A DNA stretch of 60,991 bases, the filler included, from Globobulimina sp. (taxonomy: Eukaryota): the NCBI GenBank assembly GCA_003354225.1. It is 15 parts of 15 records of this genome, joined end to end, with 100 filler letters (N's around TTAATTAATTAA, not from the genome) between each part and the next. Parts side by side here need not be neighbours in the genome. Positions count along the whole stretch, not along the records: positions 48,883 to 52,852 come from PIVH01001809.1; positions 52,953 to 56,922 come from PIVH01001810.1; positions 57,023 to 60,991 come from PIVH01001811.1; 12 more parts are not named here. One strand, written 5' to 3'. The position numbers and the translations under genes were made by a program. The stretch's first letter is position 1. Every line of letters starts with the position of its first letter. Positions 48,994-60,918 of this stretch are shown here, one piece after another. The notes beneath the pieces were generated by a model. The model made no database searches, was not told the DNA's origin, and was given only the letters and a program-made list of their open reading frames with translations.

Positions 48994-49253
48994 ACCAAAC
49001 TATATATTCCACCTTCACTAAGTTCTTGACACTGTTTTTTGACACTGGCTGTAAACTTTTTTTTCGGCCTTGAGATTTGTGGTAAAATATCGAGTCTGGT
49101 AACGTGTTTCTAAAAACAAAGTTTTTCGCACAAAGGGGGCGCGTCTTAGGCGCGTAGCGCCGCGCCCCGAGGTGTTGGGACAACGCCTTTAAACAATCTG
49201 AATGTTTCTCCTACCAGGTGTTTTTCAGAAACAAATCAAACAATATAACTAAT

Positions 49254-52249
49254 TCAGTCATGCGGTAAAAAGTCATTAACTGCCAGTACTTTCATTTTAT
49301 TTTGAAGATAGGGATAAAGAGCGGCTATCATTTCAATCGTAGGCTGGACATACATTCCTTTTCCAGTCTGTCTCAGCCTATTTATCAACGTTTCATCTTC
49401 CAGTAATCCATCAAAATTCCATTCAACTTTATTTTCCTTAATATACGGTGTTATAATTATTGCCATTCCCTCCAAACTCCACATTTTCGTTTTCAAATCG
49501 CATGAATCGGATTCAATGAAGTGCTTCAACACAGCCATTGTTTCATCGATTTGCTCTTTCAAACTCAGCAAAGCCCAGAAATGGTCCGCTCTCGATTTGC
49601 CGCTCAAAGTCTCCTCCAACAAACTGTATCGATTAAACATTTCTGGCGCACATTCCATTGCTTCCATTGCCTTTTTCTTTTTTGATGTTTGTGCTCGATA
49701 CTCATTCCATACTTTTTGCATTGTCTCAACCTGTTTGGACAAAGCAGCCCAAAATTCATTGTCAGTATGCTGCAGATTATAATTCTCCTTTTTTAGCTCT
49801 AGAACGGATCCAACAATATTTAATGCAAAATAATTCCATGTCTTCTGCCAAGACGGCGTAGTATCAACATTCTCCATTTCTTGTTTGCAGTCTCCTTCAT
49901 CGACAATAGATTTCCATGCTGTTTCCGCCAAATATTTCAAACACGACAACAAATTTTGCCTCAAATCCATTGTTTTCAGCTTCTTTTTCTTTTTCAATTT
50001 CTTTTTGTTGCTGGAAAGCATATCGTCGATCGCATAAAAACCGTCATTCTGTTGTTTCGATTGCAATGTTTGCAAATAATGAGATATTCTGTAATAATCA
50101 ATGATAATTTCTGCCAATTTATGAAAACAATCAATTAGACCATGTTTATTTTCTTCGCTTAATTTCTCCAAAATGTCTTCCATTCGGTCTGCCACATCCA
50201 ACTTATTTGCAAATACTGCCATCCCATTGTCCAAATTATCCATTCCTCCATCTTCAGCCATCACTCTTTGCATAGCACCCAAAATAAAGTGATTTAGTGA
50301 TTGTTGCAAATAAAAGTAAGCGCCGTGCTCATTATCCTTTTGATCCAATCGATATAAAATGGATCCCCATTCATGAGTAAATACTGCATTCTGTGGACTC
50401 CATTCCAGCAGCATTTGGAACAATTTCTGCAATGATTCCGCAGTATCTTTTGACGCAAACTTGCAATCCAATGATTTTTTTAATAACTCCAACCCGCTCA
50501 TAACATCGCCCTTATTCACCAAAGTTACACCAATCCAATGGTCCGCCTCACAAAATGTAGCATCAATCTCTTTGGCTCTGTACAATTTCGACAACGATTC
50601 GTCAAAACGCAGATGTCTTCGGTCCAATATTGCCTTTATTATTAATTTAATATTCAATTTGTAGTTTATTTAATATTACTTCTACACTTAACGGCATTTT
50701 GTAATACTTTGACAGACTGCGGACACACTTTGTATGCAGCATCGAATAATGTTTCTTCGTTCCGCCACTCTTTATTTCTGTCGTATGTTTTGGAGACATA
50801 CAGAGAGAGAATAACTGCGACAACACTGTACAGCAACAATTTATTGGCAATGAGGTGGATGAGGACATAGGACAACAACATACAAAATCCAATGGATGGT
50901 AAATATAATAATCGTTCCGCCACAAAAGTAGCAACAAAGAAAAACAAATTTGAAGCCGGCATAAACGGCACAATCATCCAAGCAAACATTATAACAATGT
51001 TCCAATATTTATTGCTTTCATCACCAACTCCTGAAAACATGGAGTGCAATATTTTAAATGCAGAGTATATCAAAGCTACAAAGAGCAGCAAATAGGTAAT
51101 AATCCAACATATATTTCTATGATCATTTATTGACTCAATCATTGGGATGCAATTAAATGAATAGTCGGCAGACAATGGATGCGGACATACCAACAATGAC
51201 AAATAATAATAATGCAGATATGGAATAGTCAGTGATCGAGTCACAAGCTCAGATTCAAAAGCAATCGGATTCTCGATTCGGCGAAATATTTCATGGCCCA
51301 CAGCCATTGCAACGCCACCTAAATATTGCCGCAATCGCAAGTATAATATCAGCCAAACCATCGGAATGAGCAACAATGTAAAATTAATCAATAAATTAAA
51401 ATAAAAATAAAAATATAATGCAAGGTTTCTTTCTTCAATTTCAATAGTATTCATCTTATAATATGTCGTTAACTGTTGCCAGCATTTAAACATTGAATAT
51501 AAACTCATCAGACCCGATATGGTAACACCAGTTTCTTTGGATAATGCAGACAAACAATAAAACATTGAACTGATACCGCACCAAAATAAAAATGCAACAA
51601 AAGCGTTGGATGTCACTGGTTTATAAAATGAGATATTATTAAAATAAGCGGAGTGCGCAAATACATAACAAAAAAATGAGAGTAATCCAAAGAAACAACT
51701 CAGTAATTCAGCAGCACCCACAATTCCCGTAACAGCCTCGACGTGGATTGGATGTGTGGCGAAGAGTAATGATGAAATAAAGGATAAGTCTGAGTTATAC
51801 TCCTTTTCATCATCGAATAGCAACAGAATCAGAAATGCGACGAATAAGGAATTGAGTGAATGTAGCACCATATTACCCAAATGCAAATAAAATGGTTGCA
51901 GATCCTTTTCACGATGGATATATTCCGGATGAATTTGCTTCTCTTTCATTGTTAGATTATTTATTAAAAATGTGTTCGGATTTGCAGTGTAGACTGACAA
52001 CGTATATTGCCGAATTAATCTGAAATAGGTGATAGTGACTGGCCGGTATGATTTATGACTTTGATTTGATGAGATATCATGTCCCCAAAAATCGTGATGC
52101 CACACAGGCAAATATGGCTGCTCTGGCGACGAATCTGCATTGTATAGCACAGCAAACATATCATCAAAACACAGTTCATTTTGCAATGCATTCAAATAAC
52201 AAAAGACACTCAATCCAATAATAACACATATTTTAAAGCACCAAGACAT
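49254..52249 (-). CDS. TMTC-like protein O-mannosyltransferase (GT-C + DUF1736 + TPR), 2 exons
   Basis: Motifs FDD, DFWG, SHKSYRPVT, HPIHVEAVTGIVG, SKETG, ENPI, LSADYS and AERLLYLPS. Intron 50692-50634. TPR-like helices follow. Confidence 0.92.
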
Positions 52250-52952
52250 TGTCTAATTCAACTCAACTCAAACTACTACGATTAAAAACTGCTTTAAAAA
52301 TAAAGCATAAAATGTTGTCAATCAGATTGCTATTATTTTGATAAACAGACAGATACTGAGACACACACTGTAGAGCATGCAAATCAACCAAGTGATGAAC
52401 TATATAATTCCTTTGGGAAATGTACAAAAAATGTATATATTAAGCACAATCAACAATATAAAGGATGATATGACGTCAAAATGGTGATTTTGTGGTGATT
52501 TCTATGGTGAATCAGAAAGTGCTATTTAGTATTCGGTGGAGCTAATTTTTTCTTTTCCCGTTTTAGAACATTGTTTTTTATTATTTGTAACGGTAGAAAA
52601 AGATCTTTAGATTTTTGCGAATAAAACATAGTGTGACCAATATATTTGTGTTAGAAATCCGAAAATATAAAAAAATTTAAAAAATTAGCAACCAAACTGA
52701 ATGATTTTTATTTTATTTTATTAATTCAACCTTAAACTTCTTTATTCATTCAATTAAATCAACAGCAACAACCACCGCAAGAATGTCATATATTTTTATG
52801 ATTTGCAAAGCAATCACAGCCATCAAACAATATCATGGCGGTGCCTCAAGAANNNNNNNNNNNNNNNNNNNNNNNNNNNNNNNNNNNNNNNNNNNNTTAA
52901 TTAATTAANNNNNNNNNNNNNNNNNNNNNNNNNNNNNNNNNNNNNNNNNNNN

Positions 52953-53397
52953 TTTCAATTGCAACAATTTCATCTGAAATTCTTTGGCTTTGAACACAAT
53001 CCCTAACAATATGCACATTATATCCATTCTTTAATAAATCCAAAACAGTTTGAAAAATGCAAATATGTGCTTCTATTCCAATAATAATAACATTTTTTCT
53101 GCCCAATTTTGTTAATTCATCATTGACAGCATTCGTACACATTGAAAATTGTGTCTTTTGAATAACTTTGGTTGCATGTTTACTTATTTGTAATTCCGTG
53201 AAAGTCGCACCAAACACTCTTCGAACATGTTCCGTTGCGATAATTGGTATATCCAGTTCTTGACAGCAATGGATTATAAAGGATTGGTTTGCTATTAATT
53301 TATCCACATCGCGAAGCAATCCGCGAAATAACTCTTGTGAGTCACAAACCAACAAAACGGAATCCTCTGGCAAAGGCATTACACATTTGTGTGCCAT
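52953..53397 (-). CDS. Isochorismatase-domain protein, ISOC1/ISOC2-like (3'-truncated)
   Basis: Motifs LLVCDSQELFR, ATEH, KTQFSM and GIEAHICIFQTVLDLL. Confidence 0.9.
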
Positions 53398-53462
53398 GAT
53401 GTTTACACTGTATGCTACTTAATAAAGATTTAGAGGCTCAGCTTTTTTTTGTGAGGAAAATC

Positions 53463-54452
53463 TTAAACTAATTGTGTTTGCAAAATCTTACACCAAGAAT
53501 TAGGTCGTGATAGAGACATTGCTGGGAACCAACAGTCCACAGAGTCCACACAAGGTAAATTGGGTAATTTCATCATATAATCAGCGATGTCGTCTATTCT
53601 TTCTTGATTTGTCTCAAAATAAAACGACAACACTCCATTATCTTTGCTCGATAAATCAACAATCATTGTTATTATACATTCATCAATAAACTCAATTTCT
53701 GGTTTCTGATCATCCCAATCCGTCTCACAAAATCTGTGATTATCTCCTAAATATATTCTATTCGAACAAGTATCAATTCCGTAACAATCTAAAATGCCAT
53801 TTTTATCCATTGCTCGTTTATTGAAGCGCATTGTTTCCGATCTTGAAGAAGTTACACCGATAAAATTGCCAGTCACTCGAGTACAATATAACGAATATTT
53901 GATTTCAACTCTCATTGGATAACATATCCCACGCTCAAACCGTATGGATTTAAAAGGTTTCTTCAATGTTACCAGAGATTTATCCTCTGAGAGTATCATA
54001 CTTTTTCCTTTATATTTATCTGACCACTTTCCAATATATGCATATGTGTGTTCTGCGTTTTTCATTAAATCAAACTCATTCAGCAATTGTTGGAAGCGCA
54101 GTTTTGTACAAGTTATATTTTCATTGAATGTATGTTGTACATTGATAATTTCTTCAACATCACACTCATTGCCATGTTTGCTTCCATTTAATTGAATGGA
54201 GTTAATTGATTTATCTATGTTTGCTTTATATTCATCAATCCGCACTTTCATCCAATTGCACAAAACATTTGTGTTGTAATGCATCGATTTCTTAGCGGAT
54301 TCTACATAATCAGTACTTTCCAGGATTGTTTTGCATTTAACCCTTTGAAGGCATGGTGATTCTGGTTGGATGTGTTGACTGTTGAGCATTGAGAAGATTA
54401 TGATCCATTTGCAAAGTGTCATATTTATTGAATGACTGCAGTATGCTATCAA
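53463..54452 (-). CDS. Coiled-coil + SPRY/B30.2-like domain protein
   Basis: WSDKYKGKSMILSEDKSLV, FIGVTS, ITMIVDL..LSFY and WFPAMSL. Start codon uncertain. Confidence 0.6.
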   Translation of the reverse strand: MIAYCSHSINMTLCKWIIIFSMLNSQHIQPESPCLQRVKCKTILESTDYVESAKKSMHYNTNVLCNWMKVRIDEYKANIDKSINSIQLNGSKHGNECDVEEIINVQHTFNENITCTKLRFQQLLNEFDLMKNAEHTYAYIGKWSDKYKGKSMILSEDKSLVTLKKPFKSIRFERGICYPMRVEIKYSLYCTRVTGNFIGVTSSRSETMRFNKRAMDKNGILDCYGIDTCSNRIYLGDNHRFCETDWDDQKPEIEFIDECIITMIVDLSSKDNGVLSFYFETNQERIDDIADYMMKLPNLPCVDSVDCWFPAMSLSRPNSWCKILQTQLV

Positions 54453-54572
54453 TAATTACCAATGATGTTATTGATGTATGTCGATTTACAGTTGACATTG
54501 TCAGAATACTTCAAAGTTTTCTGAATTATTTAAAACGGCTAGTAATCATTGATATAATTAATAAATTATAAT

Positions 54573-55118
54573 ATGTTTGCTGTTGTAATGAGTTTGTTAA
54601 CCATATCAGTAACAGTAAATGGCTTTGATTGTAATCACATTGATATGGGATGGAGTGTAATACATCCAATTGGCCCATGCGTTATTGGCAGAAATTCAGC
54701 ATCCAATGGTATGATGTCAATGCAGCATCATTGCATTGATGAATGGACAGCACAATCTCGCATTTATACTACTAATAATTGCAGTGGCCATGATTTTGAA
54801 ATTGTAGCAACTCACAACTGTCGGTCAAATACAACATCCAATGTAAAGTGTAATTGTTCATTTAACACAGATGAACAATGTTCATTGGTAACAGATATTC
54901 AATATGTTAAACAAAGAAATGGTGAATGTGATAAATCCCAATTTACGGATAAAAGAACGTATATTGTTCAGTCACATGAAGTTCCAAAATCTTATATTGA
55001 TTCGAATTGCTTTGAAAGACAGTCAGATGGAAGTTTAGTAATCAATGCAATGTGTATTATTTTGTCAAATATATTAACAATGTTTTATATATTTAGATGG
55101 AAAGGATTTTGTGAGTAA
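54573..55118 (+). CDS. Small secreted Cys-rich protein
   Basis: Signal peptide MFAVVMSLLTISVTVNG and about 11 Cys. There may be a short intron near 55052-55096. Confidence 0.65.
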   Translation: MFAVVMSLLTISVTVNGFDCNHIDMGWSVIHPIGPCVIGRNSASNGMMSMQHHCIDEWTAQSRIYTTNNCSGHDFEIVATHNCRSNTTSNVKCNCSFNTDEQCSLVTDIQYVKQRNGECDKSQFTDKRTYIVQSHEVPKSYIDSNCFERQSDGSLVINAMCIILSNILTMFYIFRWKGFCE

Positions 55119-55332
55119 AACTGTGCCATTTTGGTTCCATAAATTAGCAGCAAGTCATTTTTGAACCACTGTAAATGAATTATTTGTTATTGTTTGTTGA
55201 ATATGGGGTTCAATGTCGCAATCAAAACTGAACCACTATATTAACAATAATAAATATGTGTGATGTGTTTGTAATATATATACTTTTAGTGTAGATTCCT
55301 CCCGTTAATAAATAACAAAAACACTATTAAAA

Positions 55333-55380
55333 ATGTGCAAGGATACGAATGCAAGGATATCAATCTGCTGTGCAAGGATA
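55333..55380 (+). promoter_or_regulatory. Cluster of three (G)TGCAAGGATA motifs
   Basis: Copies at 55335, 55350 and 55370. The same motif occurs at 1125(+), 1172(-), 2797(-), 29072(-) and 58241(-). Confidence 0.6.
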
Positions 55381-55427
55381 CCACTGTAAGTTTTTCAAAA
55401 AACAGCTTGTTGCTTCACTAGTTTACA

Positions 55428-56693
55428 ATGGGTTGCAAATGTTCGAAACAACAGACACGGAAATTAGAAAAAGCATCGTCACGAAGAAATCACTTGGCAT
55501 CACACCCCTTAATTATTGAACGTAGAGAGAAAATTCCTGACACAATTGAAGTAATTCGGGAATATGTTGATACGGGAAAAGGTCATTTGATATCAACCTC
55601 TTGTTTCCGTTCAAAATCAATGAATAAAAAACAATTAAACGGAATGATATTTTATTGTCAAGGATATGGTTCCTGCACAGAGTGGACAGATACGGACATT
55701 GGTATTAATTTTGTGAATCGGGGCTATATATTCATAACACACGACCATTATGGACATGGTTGCAGTGACGGCGACTGGTTAACTTCTCCCACATTATCCC
55801 ATGATACATACGTCGATGATGCTTCATATATCTTTGAAAGAGCAAAAAGGAAATTTACACCGGAACTGTACATCGAAAATAATAAAAAATTCCATTATTT
55901 TTTACTGGGACATAGGTATTAATTCATTTTGATCGAATGTGCATAGAATGTGATGAAATTCCATCGCATTCACAGTCACATTCCATTCACATTCGACCAC
56001 CACACACTGACCAGTCTTGGCGGAGCAATCACCATTGAAATATCTAAACGATACACCTCATCTTCGTATTATGGCAATGTTGAAAAGCGTTTGCAACAAA
56101 ACAAGGATGGGAATGTTGCAAAAACAAATGATTATATTCCAAAAACATTGTTAGAATCATATTGCAATAATGATGTAAACATAAATACAAATAACATGGA
56201 ACAGGACTCATTATTTGGATGGGATGGCATGATTTTGTTGGCCCCAATGGTTAAAATAAGGGATGGTATGAAGCCGCCCGCTTTTGTAATAAAAATTGGG
56301 TCATATTTAGCCCCGTTGCTGCCTGATGCCCGTATTGTGCCGGTGAGCAATTTTGCTGTTAAGTTGACGCGCGATGAGGCCTATTTTGATATGATTAAGA
56401 AATCGCCGCTGTCGTATGACGATAGGCCCGCATTGAGGACAGCAATGCTTTTATTGGGGTTTACTCAGCACATTGAGCAAGAAATTGATTTTGTGCAGTT
56501 ACCGCTGTTGATAATGCATGGAGAGAAGGATCAATTGACTGATCCAGGAATGTCACAATTATTTTATGACAAATGTTCTTCGAAAGATAAGAAAATTAAA
56601 ATCTTTGGTGATGCGTTCCATACACTGTTACTCGATACGTGTCGTAATGAGGTGTTTGAGGAAATTGATAACTGGATTTTAGAGAGGAGTTAA
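55428..56693 (+). CDS. Monoacylglycerol lipase-like alpha/beta hydrolase with MGCKC acylation motif, 2 exons
   Basis: Intron 55916-56014 splits the nucleophile codon and restores GHSLGG. Motifs DHYGHGCSDG, LIMHGEKDQLTD and AFHTLL. Confidence 0.92.
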
Positions 56694-57447
56694 TGACAAA
56701 AATTTATACATATATTTAAATGAATTATAATATTGCAAAGGAGACGAAACAATTTCCCTTTGTGCTAGCTTCAAAAAACAGATACTTCAATTTTCTTTGC
56801 TTAGTCATCCAATTCCGAAACTTTTAATTGGTGCAAAATTATGTACTCATCCACTGAGTTACAACTATTGAGGCAAACCAATAAAATTAACTTTAAGAAA
56901 TATTTATTTGATATATTTAATGNNNNNNNNNNNNNNNNNNNNNNNNNNNNNNNNNNNNNNNNNNNNTTAATTAATTAANNNNNNNNNNNNNNNNNNNNNN
57001 NNNNNNNNNNNNNNNNNNNNNNATCGGCAAAGCCAACAAATTTGGAATATGAATCATTTTTTATTGATAATATAATATGGGATATCCGCTTGTTAATGAA
57101 TATTGGCAAAAGAGGTAAGTTAGTGGCGCGGTTACATAATGTCAATGACTCTGAGAAAGATATAACCCGATTATTAGATTTATCACCGGTTACACCAAGA
57201 CATGTTCGCGAAGGCGGTGGGCCTGGAACATTATTAGCTGCCTCTGGAGACCGCGCTATTTATTGTCATAATATGATGGATATATTGTTGGATGCTCTGT
57301 CTATGGGGACTTTATTTTAATATTTCTGTACAATATTTACTTCATTTTTCCACCATTGTTTGATTATAATGTAAAGTAACAATAGAAATCTAAATCTAAA
57401 TCTAAAACCTTACTAACTAAATCTTTTTAACTTGCTCTAAGCTCTAA

Positions 57448-58796
57448 ATGGCTTTAACATATATTGAACAGTTAATTGTAGAGTTTGCAGATTGTTCGGA
57501 TAATTTAAGGAATTGCAAGGAATTATACGAAAAGAAATTATGGCATCAATTAACAGAAGAACTCGATAAATTAATATTAACATCACAATCTAAAATTGAT
57601 TTTATTCGTTTTGAAGCGAAATTTATTCGCGATTTCCGCAAGTTTATGAATACGTTGCGTTATGGCTCCATTATCATACAAATTGCGGCCAGGTCCTATT
57701 CACAAAAAATAATAAATGAAATCCAAGGAATTGCGTTTTGTGAACAAGCATTAAGTTCCATTGAAAATGATGAAAAAAAATCAGAAAAAGAACATTTTGA
57801 TGATAAAAAAATTGATAATACACAAACAAAATTATTAATTAAAACGCAAGTTGCTTTATTTGAATTAAACAGAATGTGTGACGATGATAATTCGTTTAAA
57901 ATTGCTAAAGCCAAATTAGATGCCATTTGGAGTGAAATAGAAGCCTCAATTCGGGCTTGTCCCCCTTTGATATATTCGCGATATCATTTTGTTTGTTGTA
58001 AATTATGGGCATCGCAACAGAATAACGACGAATTAGCATCGGATATTTCATGGAGTAATATGTTTTACAAACATTCAATGTCTTATCTAGGATATACACC
58101 GCTAAATAAAATTAATAATAAAGAAAAATGGGCAAATGATATTGCTTTGGTCGCTTTGGTTGCTCCCAATTTTTACGATTTCTCAGAATTAGTTTAGTTT
58201 TTCTTTTTTTTTATTTTATTTTATTTTATTTTATTTTTATATCCTTGCACTTAACGGTATATATATGTATTATTAATATATTATTTATTTAATAGTCCCT
58301 TCATCCAATTATAAAATCATTGGAAAATACAGCTTCCGAATGGTTATTAAACATTCTATTCGCATATATTTCGGCAGATATTAATTCATACAATGATGTG
58401 ATATCAAAATATGATAAAAATATTTCAGAAAATAATATTTTACAAACAAAAGAGGCAAAAAATATTTTAAATGAGAAAATAAGATTATTGAGTTTAGTGA
58501 GTTTAGCTTTCGACAAAGCATCATTTGAAAGAATTATTTCATTTTCAGAGATTTGTTCAGTAACACAATGTGATGATAATTCAGTGGAATATTTAATTAT
58601 GAAAGCAATGTCTTTATCATTAATCAAAGGAATTATTGATGAAATTGATAAAACCGTCCAAATCGAATGGGTAAAACCTGCGATATTAGATATCAAACAA
58701 ATGGAAGCAATCAATAAAAAAGTTACAGTTTGGATCAATAAAATACAAGAAACTCAAAAAGATATTGCTCCTCAACTTAATACATTATTACAATGA
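57448..58796 (+). CDS. RPN9: 26S proteasome lid subunit RPN9/PSMD13, 2 exons
   Basis: YEKKLWHQLT, FYKHSMSYLGY, YDFSEL/SLHPIIKSL (intron 58192-58295) and the PCI motif VEYLIMKAMSLSLIKGIIDEI..WVKP. Confidence 0.92.
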
Positions 58797-58902
58797 TCGA
58801 CTTGACTTCTAATTTAGATGAAAAACATCTGTTCATTTGTCATTCACTCAAAAGTTTTTTTTACTTAAAAATAAAGCCAAGTCAACATTATTTTTGCATA
58901 CC

Positions 58903-60918
58903 ATGCCAAGAGGAAAAAATAAAGGAAATAAACGAAAAGGAGGTGATGAGACACAGACCCGCATTGCAGTGGTATCCGGAGTTAAATGTAAACCAAAAAA
59001 GTGTAAATTGGAATGTAAGAAAAATTGTCCAGTAAATAGACAGGGAAAGGCCTGCGTTGAAGTCAAATCCACATCAAAACTGGCATTCATATCAGAAATA
59101 TTATGTATTGGATGTAATATTTGTATTAAAAAATGTCCGTTTGACGCAATCAAAATATTGAATTTACCAAAAAACTTAGATAGTTCAACGACGCATCGTT
59201 TTGGGCCAAATTCCTTTAAATTACATCGATTACCGATTCCGAGACAGAATCAAGTTTTAGGGATAGTTGGAACGAATGGCATCGGCAAGTCGACCGCCTT
59301 AAAAATATTGACTGGGAAAACCAAACCGAATTTAGGTTCATTTGATGACCCGCCGGGTTGGGAAGATATTCGTACATATTTTCGTGGATCGGAATTACAA
59401 AATTATTTCCAACGCATTTTAGAAGAAGACCTAGAAACTGTAATGAAGCCGCAATACGTCGACCATATACCTAAAAAAGTTAAAAAAGGTGCGACGGTGA
59501 AAAAATTATTAAAAAAAAAGGATGACCGAAAGATCTATAAACAGTTACTTTGCAATTTGGATTTACAAAACGTGTTAAAAAGAGAGATTGTGAATTTATC
59601 GGGTGGCGAGCTGCAAAGGTTTTGCATTGCAATGTGTTGTTGCCGCGATGTGGATGTTTATATGTTTGATGAGCCATCGTCTTATTTGGATGTCAAACAA
59701 CGATTAAATGCGGCGCGAGCTATCCGAGAGTTAATATCCTATCCAGAGGAAATGAGGCGAGCTAAAAAACACGGCCGACCTAAATCTGCCTATGTTATTG
59801 TGGTTGAACACGACTTGGCTGTTTTGGACTATTTGTCCGATTTTATTTGTATGTTGTATGGGACGCCGGGCGCCTTCGGTGTTGTTACTATGCCGTTCTC
59901 TGTGCGCGAAGGAATAAATATATTTTTATCTGGCTTTTTGCCCACCGAAAATATGAGATTTCGAGATTTTGAGTTAAATTTTAAAGTTACTGATGCCACC
60001 GATGATGATTATGATGCAACAAAAGAAGAAAAGAAAAACGACACTAAAAATACAAATACAAATAAAAATAAGAAAGAATATAAAAATAAAGGCAATGACG
60101 ACATAGTTATTGGTGGAGACGCAGAATATTATCGATTGTCGAAAGGAGCGTATCGATATCCAACAATGAGGAAAACTTTGGGTACTTTTAATTTAACCAT
60201 CGAACGTGGCTGGTTTCGAGATAGCGAAATTGTTGTAATGTTGGGCGAGAATGGAACGGGCAAAACGACCTTTGTCAAGATGTTGGCTGGTTTATTATCG
60301 CCAGATGATGACAGTGACACCGTGCCTGAATTAAGAGTGTCCTATAAACCACAAAAAATATCACCTACATTCCCCCATTCAGTGCAAACATTATTACACA
60401 AACGAATCCGTGCAATGTATCAACATCCACAGTTTGTGAGCGATGTAGTAAAACCGTTAAAAGCGCGCCTGTTGTATGACAAAATAGTGACTACTTTAAG
60501 TGGCGGTGAATTGCAACGGGTGGCCATAGTGTTAGCTCTCGGCTCTCCGGCCGATGTGTATTTGATTGATGAGCCATCGGCTTATTTAGATTCTGAACAA
60601 AGGATAATTGCGGCAAAAGTCATCAAAAGGTTTATATTACACGCAAAGAAGAGCGCATTCGTGGTGGAGCATGACTTTATAATGGCCACCTATTTGGCAG
60701 ATCGGGTCATTGTGTTCGATGGCGAGCCGGCGGTAAAAACTGTTGCTCGAAGACCGCAATCCTTATTGAGAGGAATGAACAAATTCTTAAAACAATTAAA
60801 TATTACATTTAGGCGGGATCCCAACAATTGGAGACCAAGAATAAATAAATTAAATTCACAAAAGGATTCTGAACAGAAAAAAACTGGAAATTTCTTCTTT
60901 TTAGATGCCACTGATTAA
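58903..60918 (+). CDS. ABCE1: Ribosome recycling ATPase ABCE1/RLI1
   Basis: Fe-S domain ([27 protein letters not shown]). Two NBDs ([24 protein letters not shown] x2). C-terminal RPRINKLNS. Confidence 0.98.
   Translation: MPRGKNKGNKRKGGDETQTRIAVVSGVKCKPKKCKLECKKNCPVNRQGKACVEVKSTSKLAFISEILCIGCNICIKKCPFDAIKILNLPKNLDSSTTHRFGPNSFKLHRLPIPRQNQVLGIVGTNGIGKSTALKILTGKTKPNLGSFDDPPGWEDIRTYFRGSELQNYFQRILEEDLETVMKPQYVDHIPKKVKKGATVKKLLKKKDDRKIYKQLLCNLDLQNVLKREIVNLSGGELQRFCIAMCCCRDVDVYMFDEPSSYLDVKQRLNAARAIRELISYPEEMRRAKKHGRPKSAYVIVVEHDLAVLDYLSDFICMLYGTPGAFGVVTMPFSVREGINIFLSGFLPTENMRFRDFELNFKVTDATDDDYDATKEEKKNDTKNTNTNKNKKEYKNKGNDDIVIGGDAEYYRLSKGAYRYPTMRKTLGTFNLTIERGWFRDSEIVVMLGENGTGKTTFVKMLAGLLSPDDDSDTVPELRVSYKPQKISPTFPHSVQTLLHKRIRAMYQHPQFVSDVVKPLKARLLYDKIVTTLSGGELQRVAIVLALGSPADVYLIDEPSAYLDSEQRIIAAKVIKRFILHAKKSAFVVEHDFIMATYLADRVIVFDGEPAVKTVARRPQSLLRGMNKFLKQLNITFRRDPNNWRPRINKLNSQKDSEQKKTGNFFFLDATD

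Noticed and set aside
57023-57320. 3' fragment ORF before RPN9
   Set aside because: Truncated and without recognisable homology.
59990-60150. Charged insertion in the ABCE1 inter-NBD linker
   Set aside because: A low-complexity insertion in a variable region, common in AT-rich protists. All catalytic motifs are intact.
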